A DNA stretch of 64,000 nucleotides. Origin: a virus (taxonomy: Duplodnaviria; Caudoviricetes). The stretch covers positions 38,320 to 102,319 of IMG/VR virus record IMGVR_UViG_2595698333_000001; one strand, given 5' to 3'. Below, piece after piece: positions 7,205 to 16,352 of this stretch (position 1 is its first letter; each line of letters starts with the position of its first letter). The translations under genes were made by a program, and so were the position numbers. Below the pieces are notes generated by a model. The model saw nothing but the letters and a program-made list of their open reading frames with translations, ran no database searches and had not been told where the DNA came from.

Positions 7205-9939
7205 GAGAGGACACCTCCCTGTCCGTCGTCGTCACCATCGTCGTCACTCCCGCCTGCGAACGGGTTGCTGTTGTCGTTGTCCTCCAGTTCGACACCCTGC
7301 GTCTGCGCACCTGCCGCCAGTTCGTCGAAGTCCCAACCGACCTCCTTGAGCATGGGACGTAGCGGACGGTCGAGCGTTTTCTCGATATGCTTCTCAGCGT
7401 CGAGCTCGAAGTCGTCCGGAATGTCGTCCCACCACTCCAACGCGAGAACGTCGGTGTTGGGTTTCATCGCCGGCGTCTTGCGGATGTAGTAAATCCACGG
7501 TTGGTCACCGTGCGACCAGTCGTATCCGAGATGCTCGTTCGAGTAGATGGCAGCACGCACCGACAGCGTAGGCGACGAGTACGAGTCAATCGGGTCGTTG
7601 ATGGTGCCCGGTTTTGCGATTTTCCGCAACTCGATATCTTGATTCCGGATGTCGTCGCACAGGCCTTTGATGTACTCGCTGACCTGCTCGAACGACTGCG
7701 CGTCCAGAATCCGCTTGATGACTTCGGGCTGTGCCTCCTCAGTTAGTTCGGGCGAGTCGCTACGCTCGCTCTCGTACCCGGTGATGTCTGGTTTCGGGAC
7801 GATGTTACCGTTCTCGTCCTTGATGTACTTGCCCTCCTTCCAGATGATGCCGCCCGCGTACCGCTTTTTCTTCCCATGCTGGAAGAAGCGACGGTACAGT
7901 TTCTCAAACTCGAACGCCCACGCATGATTCTCGTCGTCGGGTAGGTTGTGCGGGAGCGTCGAGAGGTCGAGGAACGGGTGGTCATCACCGAGACCTATGT
8001 CGTCTGCTGCACGCCCGACCTCCTCGTTGATACGACGCTCGACCTCCTTCCCGCGTTCGACTACCTCCTGCATGGCGTCCTGCTCGTCCATGTCGTCGAG
8101 TTCTCCTGGGTCAGCGAGTGACACCATCACCGAGTCGGTGTCCCCGTAGATGACCTCGAACCCGAGTTCTTGGCAGATTTCTACGCCTGTCCACAGGATG
8201 AAGCGCGACAGTCCCGTGATGGTGTCGCCCAGTTCGGGAGACGCCAGGCGGTAATATTTGTTGTTGCTGACGCCGAAGAAGGAGTTCATAATGACCTTCA
8301 CCGCACGCTGCTTGTGGTCCCACACCTGATACATCGGAGTGTCCGGGTCATACCGATTCCGGTTGTCCTTCATCTCCTCGCGCTCGCTGAAGAGCAACTT
8401 GAGGTACTTGGGCATGATGCCCTCCTGGTCGAGTTTGAGACCTTGACCCTTCTTGGCGTCGAACTCCAGATGTTCGCGCTCGATGTTACCGCCGAAGTCG
8501 TCCTCTTTCACCGGCATCCACGGGACGACAACGTCTGCCTCCTGGTTGTCGTCGGTCATCGTCTCCTTCGAGATGTTCGCCGTGATAATCGAGGACGGGT
8601 AGAGTGACTTCAGGTCAATCACTCCGACCCACTCGCTGATGCCGGACGACGGGTTCAGGACGAGACCTCCTGCCGCGTTGTCTACCTCGACACCCTCCGC
8701 GTTCGGGAGAATCTCGTTGTCGGTGCGCCGGGACATGACGAACCCGTCCACGAGACGCATGGCGGAGAACGTGTCGTAAATCGGGACACCGGTGAGGTCC
8801 GACAGTTGGTAGAAGAACCCGTGGATGTCCGCCATGTCGTCGAGAGCGACGAGCAACTGCGTGTCTATGATGTTATACGCTGTGAGGCGACTACGATTCT
8901 TCTCGTACCCTTCGCGGATGTTGATGTCTTCGACCTTGCCGACGCCCAGTTCCTCCTGAGCAACGTAGTCGAGCGCCTTCGACCGCCAGTCGCTGAACAC
9001 CATCTGGTCGCAGTACGCCCTCATCATGTCGAACCCTGGCAACCCGTCAATCCGCGCGACGGTCGTCTCCAAGTCGTTCCGGTAGTTGTGGGTCAACCCA
9101 CCGATGTCCGACATACGCCAGCGGTCGACTCCGTTGACCTTCTCCATGCGATTGAGGAGGTATCGGTGGTCGAAGTCCTCCCAATTCCATCCCGACAGGA
9201 GGTCTGGACGCACGTCCTCGATGTACGAAAGGAACGAGTTGAGGAGCGACGATTCCGAGTCAGCAATCGTCATGTCTATGTCCGCGTTGACGAACTGCGA
9301 CGCCAACTCGTGCCCGTTCCAGTGGTCGCCCAGGTAGTGTTTCACGTCCTTCCCGTCCACGTCACGGTCAGGGTCGAGAACCCAGACGTCGTACTTCTCC
9401 TCCCGTGTGTCGTAGGCGGATATCATTATGACCTCACCGGGCGCTTCTTCGGTGAAGTCCTGGAATCCCATCTCGTAGTCGGGCAGTGCCTCGATGTCCG
9501 CCATGACCACGCGAGGAGTGATGGAGTCGACTTCCTCCTCGTCAATATCCGTCTCGACCTCGGAAATATCGCAGTGTTTCCTATCCGGCACGCGGATGTA
9601 ACCCGACAACCCGTAGTCGACCGAGACGCGACGAGTGAACGGGATGTCCGCCTCGTAGGTCACCGAGAAGTCGTCACGGATACTGCTGACGTGCTTCGGG
9701 AGTTTCGTCACGACCTTCTTGAGAGGTCGTCCGTCGTACCCTTCGTACCCGTCCTCCGTGCGTACCACGCAGTCCTGCGAGGCACTCTCGTGAGGCGGGA
9801 CGAAACAGTACGGTTCTGTACCACCGATTATCGTTAGGTTTCGTTCATCGTCTTCGTCGCGTCCGACGACTCTGACGACTACTTCACCGTCGTTCTCCTT
9901 GTAGTCGAGGTCCGTTACACGGACGAGTTTATCGCTCAT
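7198..9939 (-). CDS. polB: family B DNA polymerase
   Basis: Exo DIE; DLKSLYPS, KVIMNSFFG, YGDTDS, KKRY; no intein. Confidence 0.97.
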   Translation of the reverse strand: MSDKLVRVTDLDYKENDGEVVVRVVGRDEDDERNLTIIGGTEPYCFVPPHESASQDCVVRTEDGYEGYDGRPLKKVVTKLPKHVSSIRDDFSVTYEADIPFTRRVSVDYGLSGYIRVPDRKHCDISEVETDIDEEEVDSITPRVVMADIEALPDYEMGFQDFTEEAPGEVIMISAYDTREEKYDVWVLDPDRDVDGKDVKHYLGDHWNGHELASQFVNADIDMTIADSESSLLNSFLSYIEDVRPDLLSGWNWEDFDHRYLLNRMEKVNGVDRWRMSDIGGLTHNYRNDLETTVARIDGLPGFDMMRAYCDQMVFSDWRSKALDYVAQEELGVGKVEDINIREGYEKNRSRLTAYNIIDTQLLVALDDMADIHGFFYQLSDLTGVPIYDTFSAMRLVDGFVMSRRTDNEILPNAEGVEVDNAAGGLVLNPSSGISEWVGVIDLKSLYPSSIITANISKETMTDDNQEADVVVPWMPVKEDDFGGNIEREHLEFDAKKGQGLKLDQEGIMPKYLKLLFSEREEMKDNRNRYDPDTPMYQVWDHKQRAVKVIMNSFFGVSNNKYYRLASPELGDTITGLSRFILWTGVEICQELGFEVIYGDTDSVMVSLADPGELDDMDEQDAMQEVVERGKEVERRINEEVGRAADDIGLGDDHPFLDLSTLPHNLPDDENHAWAFEFEKLYRRFFQHGKKKRYAGGIIWKEGKYIKDENGNIVPKPDITGYESERSDSPELTEEAQPEVIKRILDAQSFEQVSEYIKGLCDDIRNQDIELRKIAKPGTINDPIDSYSSPTLSVRAAIYSNEHLGYDWSHGDQPWIYYIRKTPAMKPNTDVLALEWWDDIPDDFELDAEKHIEKTLDRPLRPMLKEVGWDFDELAAGAQTQGVELEDNDNSNPFAGGSDDDGDDDGQGGVLSW

Positions 9940-9960
9940 CTAATCACCTGTTGTCGGTCG

Positions 9961-10257
9961 TCAGTAATCAAGTACGTCATCCACGTCAACTTCGTCTATG
10001 GCTTCGGGGTCGGGACACTCGATTCTACCTGTCTCGACGAGTCGATGGTGCGTCTTGCACAGGGTGATGAGGTTGTCCCGGGTGTGGGCGTTGTCAGGGT
10101 CGTCGAACTTCTTGACCTTGACGACGTGGTGAACGTGCAGGGGTTCGACGATGCTCTGCCCCTTCCCGCAGATTCGGCACTCGTAGTTGTCGCGTTCGAG
10201 CGCCTCCTCTCGTTTCTCTTGCCACGTTTCTCCGTAGTCACGTCGTTCGTATCCCAT
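9961..10257 (-). CDS. HNH endonuclease
   Basis: RDNYECRICG...LHVHH...NLITLCKTHH. Confidence 0.85.
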   Translation of the reverse strand: MGYERRDYGETWQEKREEALERDNYECRICGKGQSIVEPLHVHHVVKVKKFDDPDNAHTRDNLITLCKTHHRLVETGRIECPDPEAIDEVDVDDVLDY

Positions 10258-10260
10258 GCC

Positions 10261-11064
10261 TCAGTATTTCTCGTAACTGACGTTCGCCATGCTCGTGTCC
10301 TGTGCCGGGCAGACGTACTCGTACTCACAGAACGAGCAGTGACCGCCTGTCTTCGCCGGGAACTCTCCCGAACCCATCGCTTGCAGGAGGGCGCGTGCGT
10401 ACTGCTTCATCTGCCCCCACTGCTCCTCGTCGGGATACCGCACGCGAACGTTACCGTCACCGAGGTAGACGAACTTGACGTACTCCGGGTGCTCTCCGTA
10501 CTTGTTGAGGTACGCGCCTGCGTACACCATCCCCTGAATCAGTTCGTCGCGTTTCCGGTAGTCAGCGATTTCTCCGTCGCTGTTCTTCGCGTCCCCCGTC
10601 TTCCAGTCGACCAGTCCTTTGTCGGTGACGATGTCCATCTTCGCGTTGAAGTCGGTGTTGACCTCGCCGCCGACATGATACTGATGCTCGACCTCGATGC
10701 CGCGCAGTTCCTCGCCTTCGAGATGCTCGCTGGCAACGAACTTCGCCGCGTTGTCACAGCAGTCGAGGCCATCGTCGTACATCCGTTCCGAGATGTCCGG
10801 GTCCTCGACGGTGCGATAGTGATGCTTGAACTTGTGCGCGAGCGTCCCGGCGTCTCGAATCTCTGGGTGCTCCAGCAGGACCTCCTCGATGGAGTTGTGA
10901 ACTGCCGTCCCCTTCTCGAGATACCCGGCACTCGGTTTCTTCCTATGCTCGTCCTTCGCGTAGTCGAACCACCACGACAGCGGACACTGCGCGAATTTCT
11001 TAACCCTCGTCGCTGAGAGTTTGTCGTCGAAAAGTTTGTCTGGTACAGGTCGTGTTTCAGTCAT
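10261..11064 (-). CDS. Cas4/RecB-like PD-(D/E)XK exonuclease
   Basis: LSAT...CP, GTAVH, DWKTG, QxxxY, CxxCxxxxxC. Confidence 0.88.
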   Translation of the reverse strand: MTETRPVPDKLFDDKLSATRVKKFAQCPLSWWFDYAKDEHRKKPSAGYLEKGTAVHNSIEEVLLEHPEIRDAGTLAHKFKHHYRTVEDPDISERMYDDGLDCCDNAAKFVASEHLEGEELRGIEVEHQYHVGGEVNTDFNAKMDIVTDKGLVDWKTGDAKNSDGEIADYRKRDELIQGMVYAGAYLNKYGEHPEYVKFVYLGDGNVRVRYPDEEQWGQMKQYARALLQAMGSGEFPAKTGGHCSFCEYEYVCPAQDTSMANVSYEKY

Positions 11065-11374
11065 TCTCGCTCCACCTCATCTTTGCTCGTTCCTCCGCAG
11101 CAGCGTCCTTGAGCGTGCGACCTCCTGCGGCGTCCATGTTCGTACCGTACTTCTCCATGAGGTTGACGTTCTCGGACAAGCCAAGCGAGGTGTCAATCTT
11201 GGACGTCCAGTCGGTCACCTCGTAGTACACCGCCGCGCCCTTGACGACCTGCCACTGAATCAGCGTCAGGTTGTCGTCATGCTGGTTGCCCATCGGGAGA
11301 CGACGTATCTCGTCGTCGGTCAACCGCGCCTGACCGATGGGAATCTCGTGTCCACAGCAGGGGCACGTCGGCAT
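11057..11374 (-). CDS. hypothetical protein, N-terminal CxxC
   Basis: Coupled ORF in replication operon. Confidence 0.65.
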   Translation of the reverse strand: MPTCPCCGHEIPIGQARLTDDEIRRLPMGNQHDDNLTLIQWQVVKGAAVYYEVTDWTSKIDTSLGLSENVNLMEKYGTNMDAAGGRTLKDAAAEERAKMRWSEND

Positions 11375-11376
11375 GG

Positions 11377-11565
11377 TTACTGGATATCGTCGTCGAACGT
11401 GTCCATCTCGTCGTACATCTCGTCTATCTCATCGAGTTTCGCCATCGCTTGCTCCTCGGTCAACTCGTGGACTTTGACGAGATGCTTCGCTGCCTCCTTC
11501 CGAGAGTCGAAGTCGGTGCCGTGGTCGAAGCAGTAGTACCGACTGAAGTCACCGGACGGTTTCAT
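11377..11565 (-). CDS. small zinc-finger-like protein
   Basis: CFDH...HLVKVH. Confidence 0.6.
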   Translation of the reverse strand: MKPSGDFSRYYCFDHGTDFDSRKEAAKHLVKVHELTEEQAMAKLDEIDEMYDEMDTFDDDIQ

Positions 11566-12545
11566 CGCTCGTATCCCTCCAGCGAAAGGTACCGTGCGAC
11601 GTGCAGGTCCGCGAGGAGCGAGTGGAACTGGACGTGCGGGTTCGCACCGCGCATGGCACGCCAGTTCGTCTCCGCCACCTTGTCGAGCATCTTCGCCTTC
11701 ACGTCACCGGGTAGGTCCTGCTTCTTGATGACTCGCAGGAACGAGTCACACAGTTGGTTCGCCGGGACGCCTTCCTTGAGCACCTCTACGTCGAGTTGCC
11801 GCATGGCGTCGTCGAGGTCGCCTTCGACTGCGGTGTTGACGATTTGCTCCACGAGCGCGTCGTCCACGGTCGAGACGACGACGTTGACCCCGTTCGCGTC
11901 AATCTCACCCTCGTACACCGCCGCCTGCATGCTGTTGATGAGTTTGCGAGCGTCCCCGTCTGCCGCGTTCACCATCAGCGTGAGCGTGTCGTCCTCGATG
12001 GCGATGCCCTCTTCCTCGGCGACGTTCTTCCCGATTTGGAACAGGTCGTCGTCCGTCAGCGGCGAGATGCTGAACGGGGCACACCGCGACTGGATGGGGC
12101 CGATAATCTGCGACAGGTAGTTGCAGGACAGGAAGAAGCGCGTCACGTCCGCGTGGTCCTCCATGATACGTCGCAGCGCTGTCTGAGCATCTTTCGTGAG
12201 CTGGTCAGCCTCATCGAGGAAGACGATTTTGTACTGATGGTCGCCAATCGTCCCCTGCACCGCGTAGTTCTTCACCTTGTCGCGGATGGTGTCAATCCCA
12301 CGCTCGTCGGAGGCGTTCAGTTCGAGGATGTTATTCCGCCAGTTGTCCACCCCGTACTTCTCCTTGGCGAACGCCTGGATGATTGCCGTCTTGCCGATTC
12401 CCTGCTTCCCGGCGAAGACGACGTGAGGCACGTCTTCGGTATCGAGGAACTTCCTCATGCGCTTTACTACTTCTTCGTGCCCGACTATGTCGTCGAGCGT
12501 CTGAGGGCGGTACTTCTCGACCCAGATTTTATCGCTGACACTCAT
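11562..12545 (-). CDS. rfcS: replication factor C small subunit
   Basis: WVEKYRP, GIGKT, ELNASDERGID, FLDEAD, AQTALRR, IQSRC. Confidence 0.95.
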   Translation of the reverse strand: MSVSDKIWVEKYRPQTLDDIVGHEEVVKRMRKFLDTEDVPHVVFAGKQGIGKTAIIQAFAKEKYGVDNWRNNILELNASDERGIDTIRDKVKNYAVQGTIGDHQYKIVFLDEADQLTKDAQTALRRIMEDHADVTRFFLSCNYLSQIIGPIQSRCAPFSISPLTDDDLFQIGKNVAEEEGIAIEDDTLTLMVNAADGDARKLINSMQAAVYEGEIDANGVNVVVSTVDDALVEQIVNTAVEGDLDDAMRQLDVEVLKEGVPANQLCDSFLRVIKKQDLPGDVKAKMLDKVAETNWRAMRGANPHVQFHSLLADLHVARYLSLEGYER

Positions 12546-12611
12546 GCTTCGTATGTTGTTGACCGCAAAGGGTTATCAGTTGTTTCGTCGAGAGAACGGG
12601 TCGTTCTTAGC

Positions 12612-12794
12612 TCAGAACGATTCCGTCTCGGAGTGGTCGTACTCGTCGTTCTCCCGCATGATACGCGCCAGGTTCTCGAACGCCTCGGGCAGCGTATCGC
12701 CGTATGCCTTGATTTCCACCTTCTGCCTGTCGAGGTACGCCACACCGACCTCGCGCTCGTTCATCGGACTTCGGATGATTTCTATGTGTTCCAT
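12612..12794 (-). CDS. HicB/UPF0150-like small protein
   Basis: AYGDTLPEAFENL resembles the HicB G(D/E)TxEEAxxN motif. Confidence 0.5.
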   Translation of the reverse strand: MEHIEIIRSPMNEREVGVAYLDRQKVEIKAYGDTLPEAFENLARIMRENDEYDHSETESF

Positions 12795-12795
12795 G

Positions 12796-13383
12796 TCAGA
12801 GTTCCTCCTCGACGATAGCGAGGACCTCCTCGCGCACGTCCTTCTTCGACTGTTCTCCATCGACCACCCGGTACGTCGGGTCGTCCACGTCACGGTTGAT
12901 GAGATACTCGTAGTTCTCCTTGACCTGTTCGAGCGTCTCGCGCTTCTCGTACTTCTCCTCCTTGTCGGCGCGTTCGAGCGCGGTGTCCACCGACACGTCG
13001 AGGTAGATGGTCAGGTCAGGCATGAATTTCCACGGCGCCATCACGTCGCTCATCCACTCGACGGGATTCTCCAGTTCGTCCTGCAACTGCACAGGTTGGT
13101 ACGCGAGAGTCGAGTCGGAGAATCGGTCACTGACGACGAGTTGACCGTTCTCGACTTTCGGTTTGATGAACTCTTCTATGTGGTAGTGCCTGTCCGCCAT
13201 GAACAGGAAGAAATCGGTGAACGCCGGCGTCTCGCTGCGTAGCGCCTTGCGCACCTGCTTCCCCGTCCAGAACTCGGACGGCTCGCACGTCGTCTCAGCG
13301 TCGAACTTCCGCTTGATTGCTTTGACGACGAGTGTCTTGCCCGCTCCGTCGAGTCCTTCGACGGTGATGAAGTGCCCGGGCAT
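12796..13383 (-). CDS. tmk: thymidylate kinase
   Basis: FITVEGLDGAGKT, LFMADR, SDRF..S..AYQ, PDLTIYLDV. Confidence 0.93.
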   Translation of the reverse strand: MPGHFITVEGLDGAGKTLVVKAIKRKFDAETTCEPSEFWTGKQVRKALRSETPAFTDFFLFMADRHYHIEEFIKPKVENGQLVVSDRFSDSTLAYQPVQLQDELENPVEWMSDVMAPWKFMPDLTIYLDVSVDTALERADKEEKYEKRETLEQVKENYEYLINRDVDDPTYRVVDGEQSKKDVREEVLAIVEEEL

Positions 13384-13386
13384 GAT

Positions 13387-13839
13387 TCAGAACCCGAGCA
13401 CGTCGTCGCCTGTGACCTCAGACGCAGGCTCTCCGAGGTTGTCGAGGAGTCGTTCTCCTTCCTCGGTGATGTAGTAGTACGAGCGTCGTCCTTCCTTGCG
13501 CTCGTTCGCGTACCCTGCCTTGAGCAGTGCCGCCGCAGCGGGACCTGGAGCGAACGAGTCACCCGCGGTCAGGTCGAGGATGTCCACACTACTGAGCATC
13601 CTCTCCGGCGCGTTCGCCTCGTGCTTGCTCAGGAGGTACAGGTACCGGTGAGTCGGGTCGTTGTCCTTCACCGGAAGGTCGGGGTTGTACGAGGTCTCCT
13701 CAGCATCGCTGAGGTCCCGTGGTTCGGGGTCACCCTCGCGTTCCAGAACGCGCAGGTCACCGTCGAAGTCGGGGTTGTCGTACAGGAACGATACCGCTTC
13801 GTCCGTCGTCTCGAAGGTTTTGACTTGTTCTTGAGTCAT
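13387..13839 (-). CDS. winged-helix DNA-binding protein
   Basis: C-terminal LLKAGY...GRRSYYYITEEG wing. Confidence 0.6.
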   Translation of the reverse strand: MTQEQVKTFETTDEAVSFLYDNPDFDGDLRVLEREGDPEPRDLSDAEETSYNPDLPVKDNDPTHRYLYLLSKHEANAPERMLSSVDILDLTAGDSFAPGPAAAALLKAGYANERKEGRRSYYYITEEGERLLDNLGEPASEVTGDDVLGF

Positions 13840-13841
13840 GG

Positions 13842-14990
13842 TTACTCTATCCACTCCGCTTTGCCACCCGACCAACCGAAGGTCGAGCACTCCTCGGGTT
13901 CCTCCTTTCGCGTGCAGAGACCCAGCGACTGAATCGACTGGCACGACATATCGGAGTACCCGCGGTTGTGTATCTGATTGAGGAACTTGCGTGTCTTCTT
14001 CCGGTCGGCGTCAACCCACCCGAGCGACATGAACATCTCCTCAATCTCCTGCTTGGTGAATCCCGCGTTGAACAGGAGCACCGCGCAGTTGAACCGAACC
14101 ATGTGGTGCGGGTTCGGCTGTACGATACGCTCGTACATACAGGGCATCTGGAGTAGTTCTTTCAGCATCTGCAAGATACCCTGTCGTTCGTAATTCTCAA
14201 CGTCAATCTCGACCTCGACCTCACCTCGAACCGTCGCCCGTTCCTCCAGGTAGTCATCGTACACCTGCATTTCCGGACGCTCCTGTTCGGGCAGAGGAAT
14301 CTGCCTCGGTGACTCCGACGCCTGCATGAGGCGCTCGGGAGTGACCGTCTGCAACTCGTGACGAGTCATCGGGATGGTGTAGAGGTTACACGCCATCGTA
14401 TGCGTGTCCTCGGTAATCGACTCGCCTCGCTCGGAGTCAACGTACACCCGTCGCACGTTCGGTATGCGCAGGATACGCTGAACGTCACCGATGAGTTGGA
14501 TGTCTAGTGTGTTCAGGTCGAGAATGTCGAGGTAGCGTCTAACCGTCGTAGCGAGGTGCTGACGCGCCTGCAACTGTTCCTGGTGTAGAAGGTGGATGTG
14601 TATCCCGAACCCGGAGAAAACGCCTACGACCGGTATCTGTTCGCGTTCTGCTTGCTTGGCGATTTTCCGAGCGTCCTCGCACACCTCACCCAGAACCTCG
14701 TCCGCGAGGTCCTCGTCCTCACGCATGAGCATGACCTTCTCATCGTCACGCTCGGTTCGTGGGAACGCTGCTTCTTTCATGGGTGAGTCGAGGTCAATCG
14801 AGATTTTGTCCGATACGACGCCGCCACCTTCCGTCAGGTCGAAGTGCGAGATGGTCGCGTACAGGTTCCGTTCTCCCTCGCACTCCTCGATGACTGCGTC
14901 CAGTTCACTCTCGCTATGGACGGGCCACTGAACCGGGTTACCGACCCGACGTGGGAACTTGCCGTACAGCAGTTTTTGAACCGGGTCCAT
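13842..14990 (-). CDS. archaeo-eukaryotic primase, PriS-PriL fusion
   Basis: SIDLD, FSGFGIHI, RILRIPN, then MPC...HxxR...CxxxxxxxxC...C Fe-S region. Confidence 0.85.
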   Translation of the reverse strand: MDPVQKLLYGKFPRRVGNPVQWPVHSESELDAVIEECEGERNLYATISHFDLTEGGGVVSDKISIDLDSPMKEAAFPRTERDDEKVMLMREDEDLADEVLGEVCEDARKIAKQAEREQIPVVGVFSGFGIHIHLLHQEQLQARQHLATTVRRYLDILDLNTLDIQLIGDVQRILRIPNVRRVYVDSERGESITEDTHTMACNLYTIPMTRHELQTVTPERLMQASESPRQIPLPEQERPEMQVYDDYLEERATVRGEVEVEIDVENYERQGILQMLKELLQMPCMYERIVQPNPHHMVRFNCAVLLFNAGFTKQEIEEMFMSLGWVDADRKKTRKFLNQIHNRGYSDMSCQSIQSLGLCTRKEEPEECSTFGWSGGKAEWIE

Positions 14991-15004
14991 AGCGAGTCAG
15001 GCGC

Positions 15005-15862
15005 TTAGTTCTTGTTGACCGGACCGATAACGTTCCGGAGCACCTGACCTTCGTACTCGTCCTGGACGACGCAGATGGGGAGGTCCTCCTGCGTCTCGAT
15101 ACGGACACCGCCCGAGAGCGTGCCGAAGAGTTCCTCGAACCCCTGATTGTACTCGTTCGACAGGTCGGGACCTTCGACGCTATCCGCGTTGAGCGCACCC
15201 CACGCGGCGTTCCGTCGCTCGTCCTTCCCGACACTCAGGTACAGTTCACCGTCCTGGATGGTAATCGGGTAGAACTTCGTGTCGTCGTCGTCGTTGACGA
15301 TGTCCACGATACGGTTGATTTCTCGAACGTCCGTCTCGATGGTCGCCTCCATCGGTTCGCCGTCGCCGGTCAGGAACGAGTGCGTGTCCTGGTCGAACCG
15401 ACCCACGGCGTCGAGCGGAACCTCGTCGAGGTTCGACTCGCTCGCGGGCAGCATGACGCGCGTCTGAATCGCTCCGTGGAACTGGAGCGCGTGACAGAGG
15501 CGGTCGTCCTCGTTGCCGAGGAGCGTCAGTTCGACCGTACTGCTCGGGTCGTCCTGCGCGTAGTTGAGATACGTGAGGAAGTCCTCGACGTTGATAATCG
15601 CCTCCGCTGTCCCGTTGTTGTCCTCCACGAGGAGGTCCTGGTCGACCTCCGTGGAGTCGAGGAACCCGGCGCCGAACGTCGAGTACGAGATGACGCTGTT
15701 GTTCTGCTTGGACGCGAGGAACCGCGCCTCACCGCCGCCCACGTTGACGTACACCTCGGAGTGCACCGCGTCACCCGAAGAAGCCTTCAGAGACGCCTTC
15801 TTAATCATCTGTTCGAGTCGATTCGCCTTCGCCGTGATGGTCGCTTTCGTGACTTCAGTCAT
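15005..15862 (-). CDS. PCNA-like sliding clamp
   Basis: About 285 aa, two-domain beta-rich pattern ending in PICVV...VIGP; in a cluster with RFC, PolB and primase. Confidence 0.65.
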   Translation of the reverse strand: MTEVTKATITAKANRLEQMIKKASLKASSGDAVHSEVYVNVGGGEARFLASKQNNSVISYSTFGAGFLDSTEVDQDLLVEDNNGTAEAIINVEDFLTYLNYAQDDPSSTVELTLLGNEDDRLCHALQFHGAIQTRVMLPASESNLDEVPLDAVGRFDQDTHSFLTGDGEPMEATIETDVREINRIVDIVNDDDDTKFYPITIQDGELYLSVGKDERRNAAWGALNADSVEGPDLSNEYNQGFEELFGTLSGGVRIETQEDLPICVVQDEYEGQVLRNVIGPVNKN

Positions 15863-16352
15863 CGTTGTTGTCGTCGTTGTTGTCCGCACTAAGTTCGTTG
15901 TCGAGCATGTCCCGTAGGTCCTCGGAGCTAATCTCGCCCAGGTATTTCTCCAGCACGTCGAGCGCAGTGACGTTCTCCCCGGCGAGAGAGTTCACGTCCG
16001 TATGCACGTCCTCCTCGACGTACACCGAGACGTACTCGTCCTCGGGAATCTCCATGCGGTGCTCGTCCACGTCGTCGGGAAGGAGAACACGTAGCGCGTC
16101 GCTGAGCGTGTACTCCGTTCCGTCCACTGCCTCCTTCAGCGTCGTTCGCCAGTCGCGTGGGACGCGGATACCCTTGAGGTTCCGCTCCTCGGTGATTTCC
16201 ATCTTCATCACCAGCCCGCGTCCGATGCCCTCGATGGACAGCAGGTCCTCGTCGTCCTCCTCGAGAACCTCCTCGGCGGATTCGTACCCTGCGTCTCGCA
16301 GGATGCCCGCCGTCTTCGGACCCACGCCCGCGAGACGTTCGAGCTCAGTCAT
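15855..16352 (-). CDS. helix-hairpin-helix DNA-binding protein
   Basis: LAGVGPKTA...LLSIEGIG. Confidence 0.75.
   Translation of the reverse strand: MTELERLAGVGPKTAGILRDAGYESAEEVLEEDDEDLLSIEGIGRGLVMKMEITEERNLKGIRVPRDWRTTLKEAVDGTEYTLSDALRVLLPDDVDEHRMEIPEDEYVSVYVEEDVHTDVNSLAGENVTALDVLEKYLGEISSEDLRDMLDNELSADNNDDNNDD

Noticed and set aside
7198-9939. Inteins in PolB, RFC or TerL
   Set aside because: Normal lengths, contiguous motifs and no splice-junction signatures.
10261-11064. Cas4-like gene as a sign of a CRISPR system
   Set aside because: Stand-alone nuclease in the replication module; no cas1, cas2 or array.
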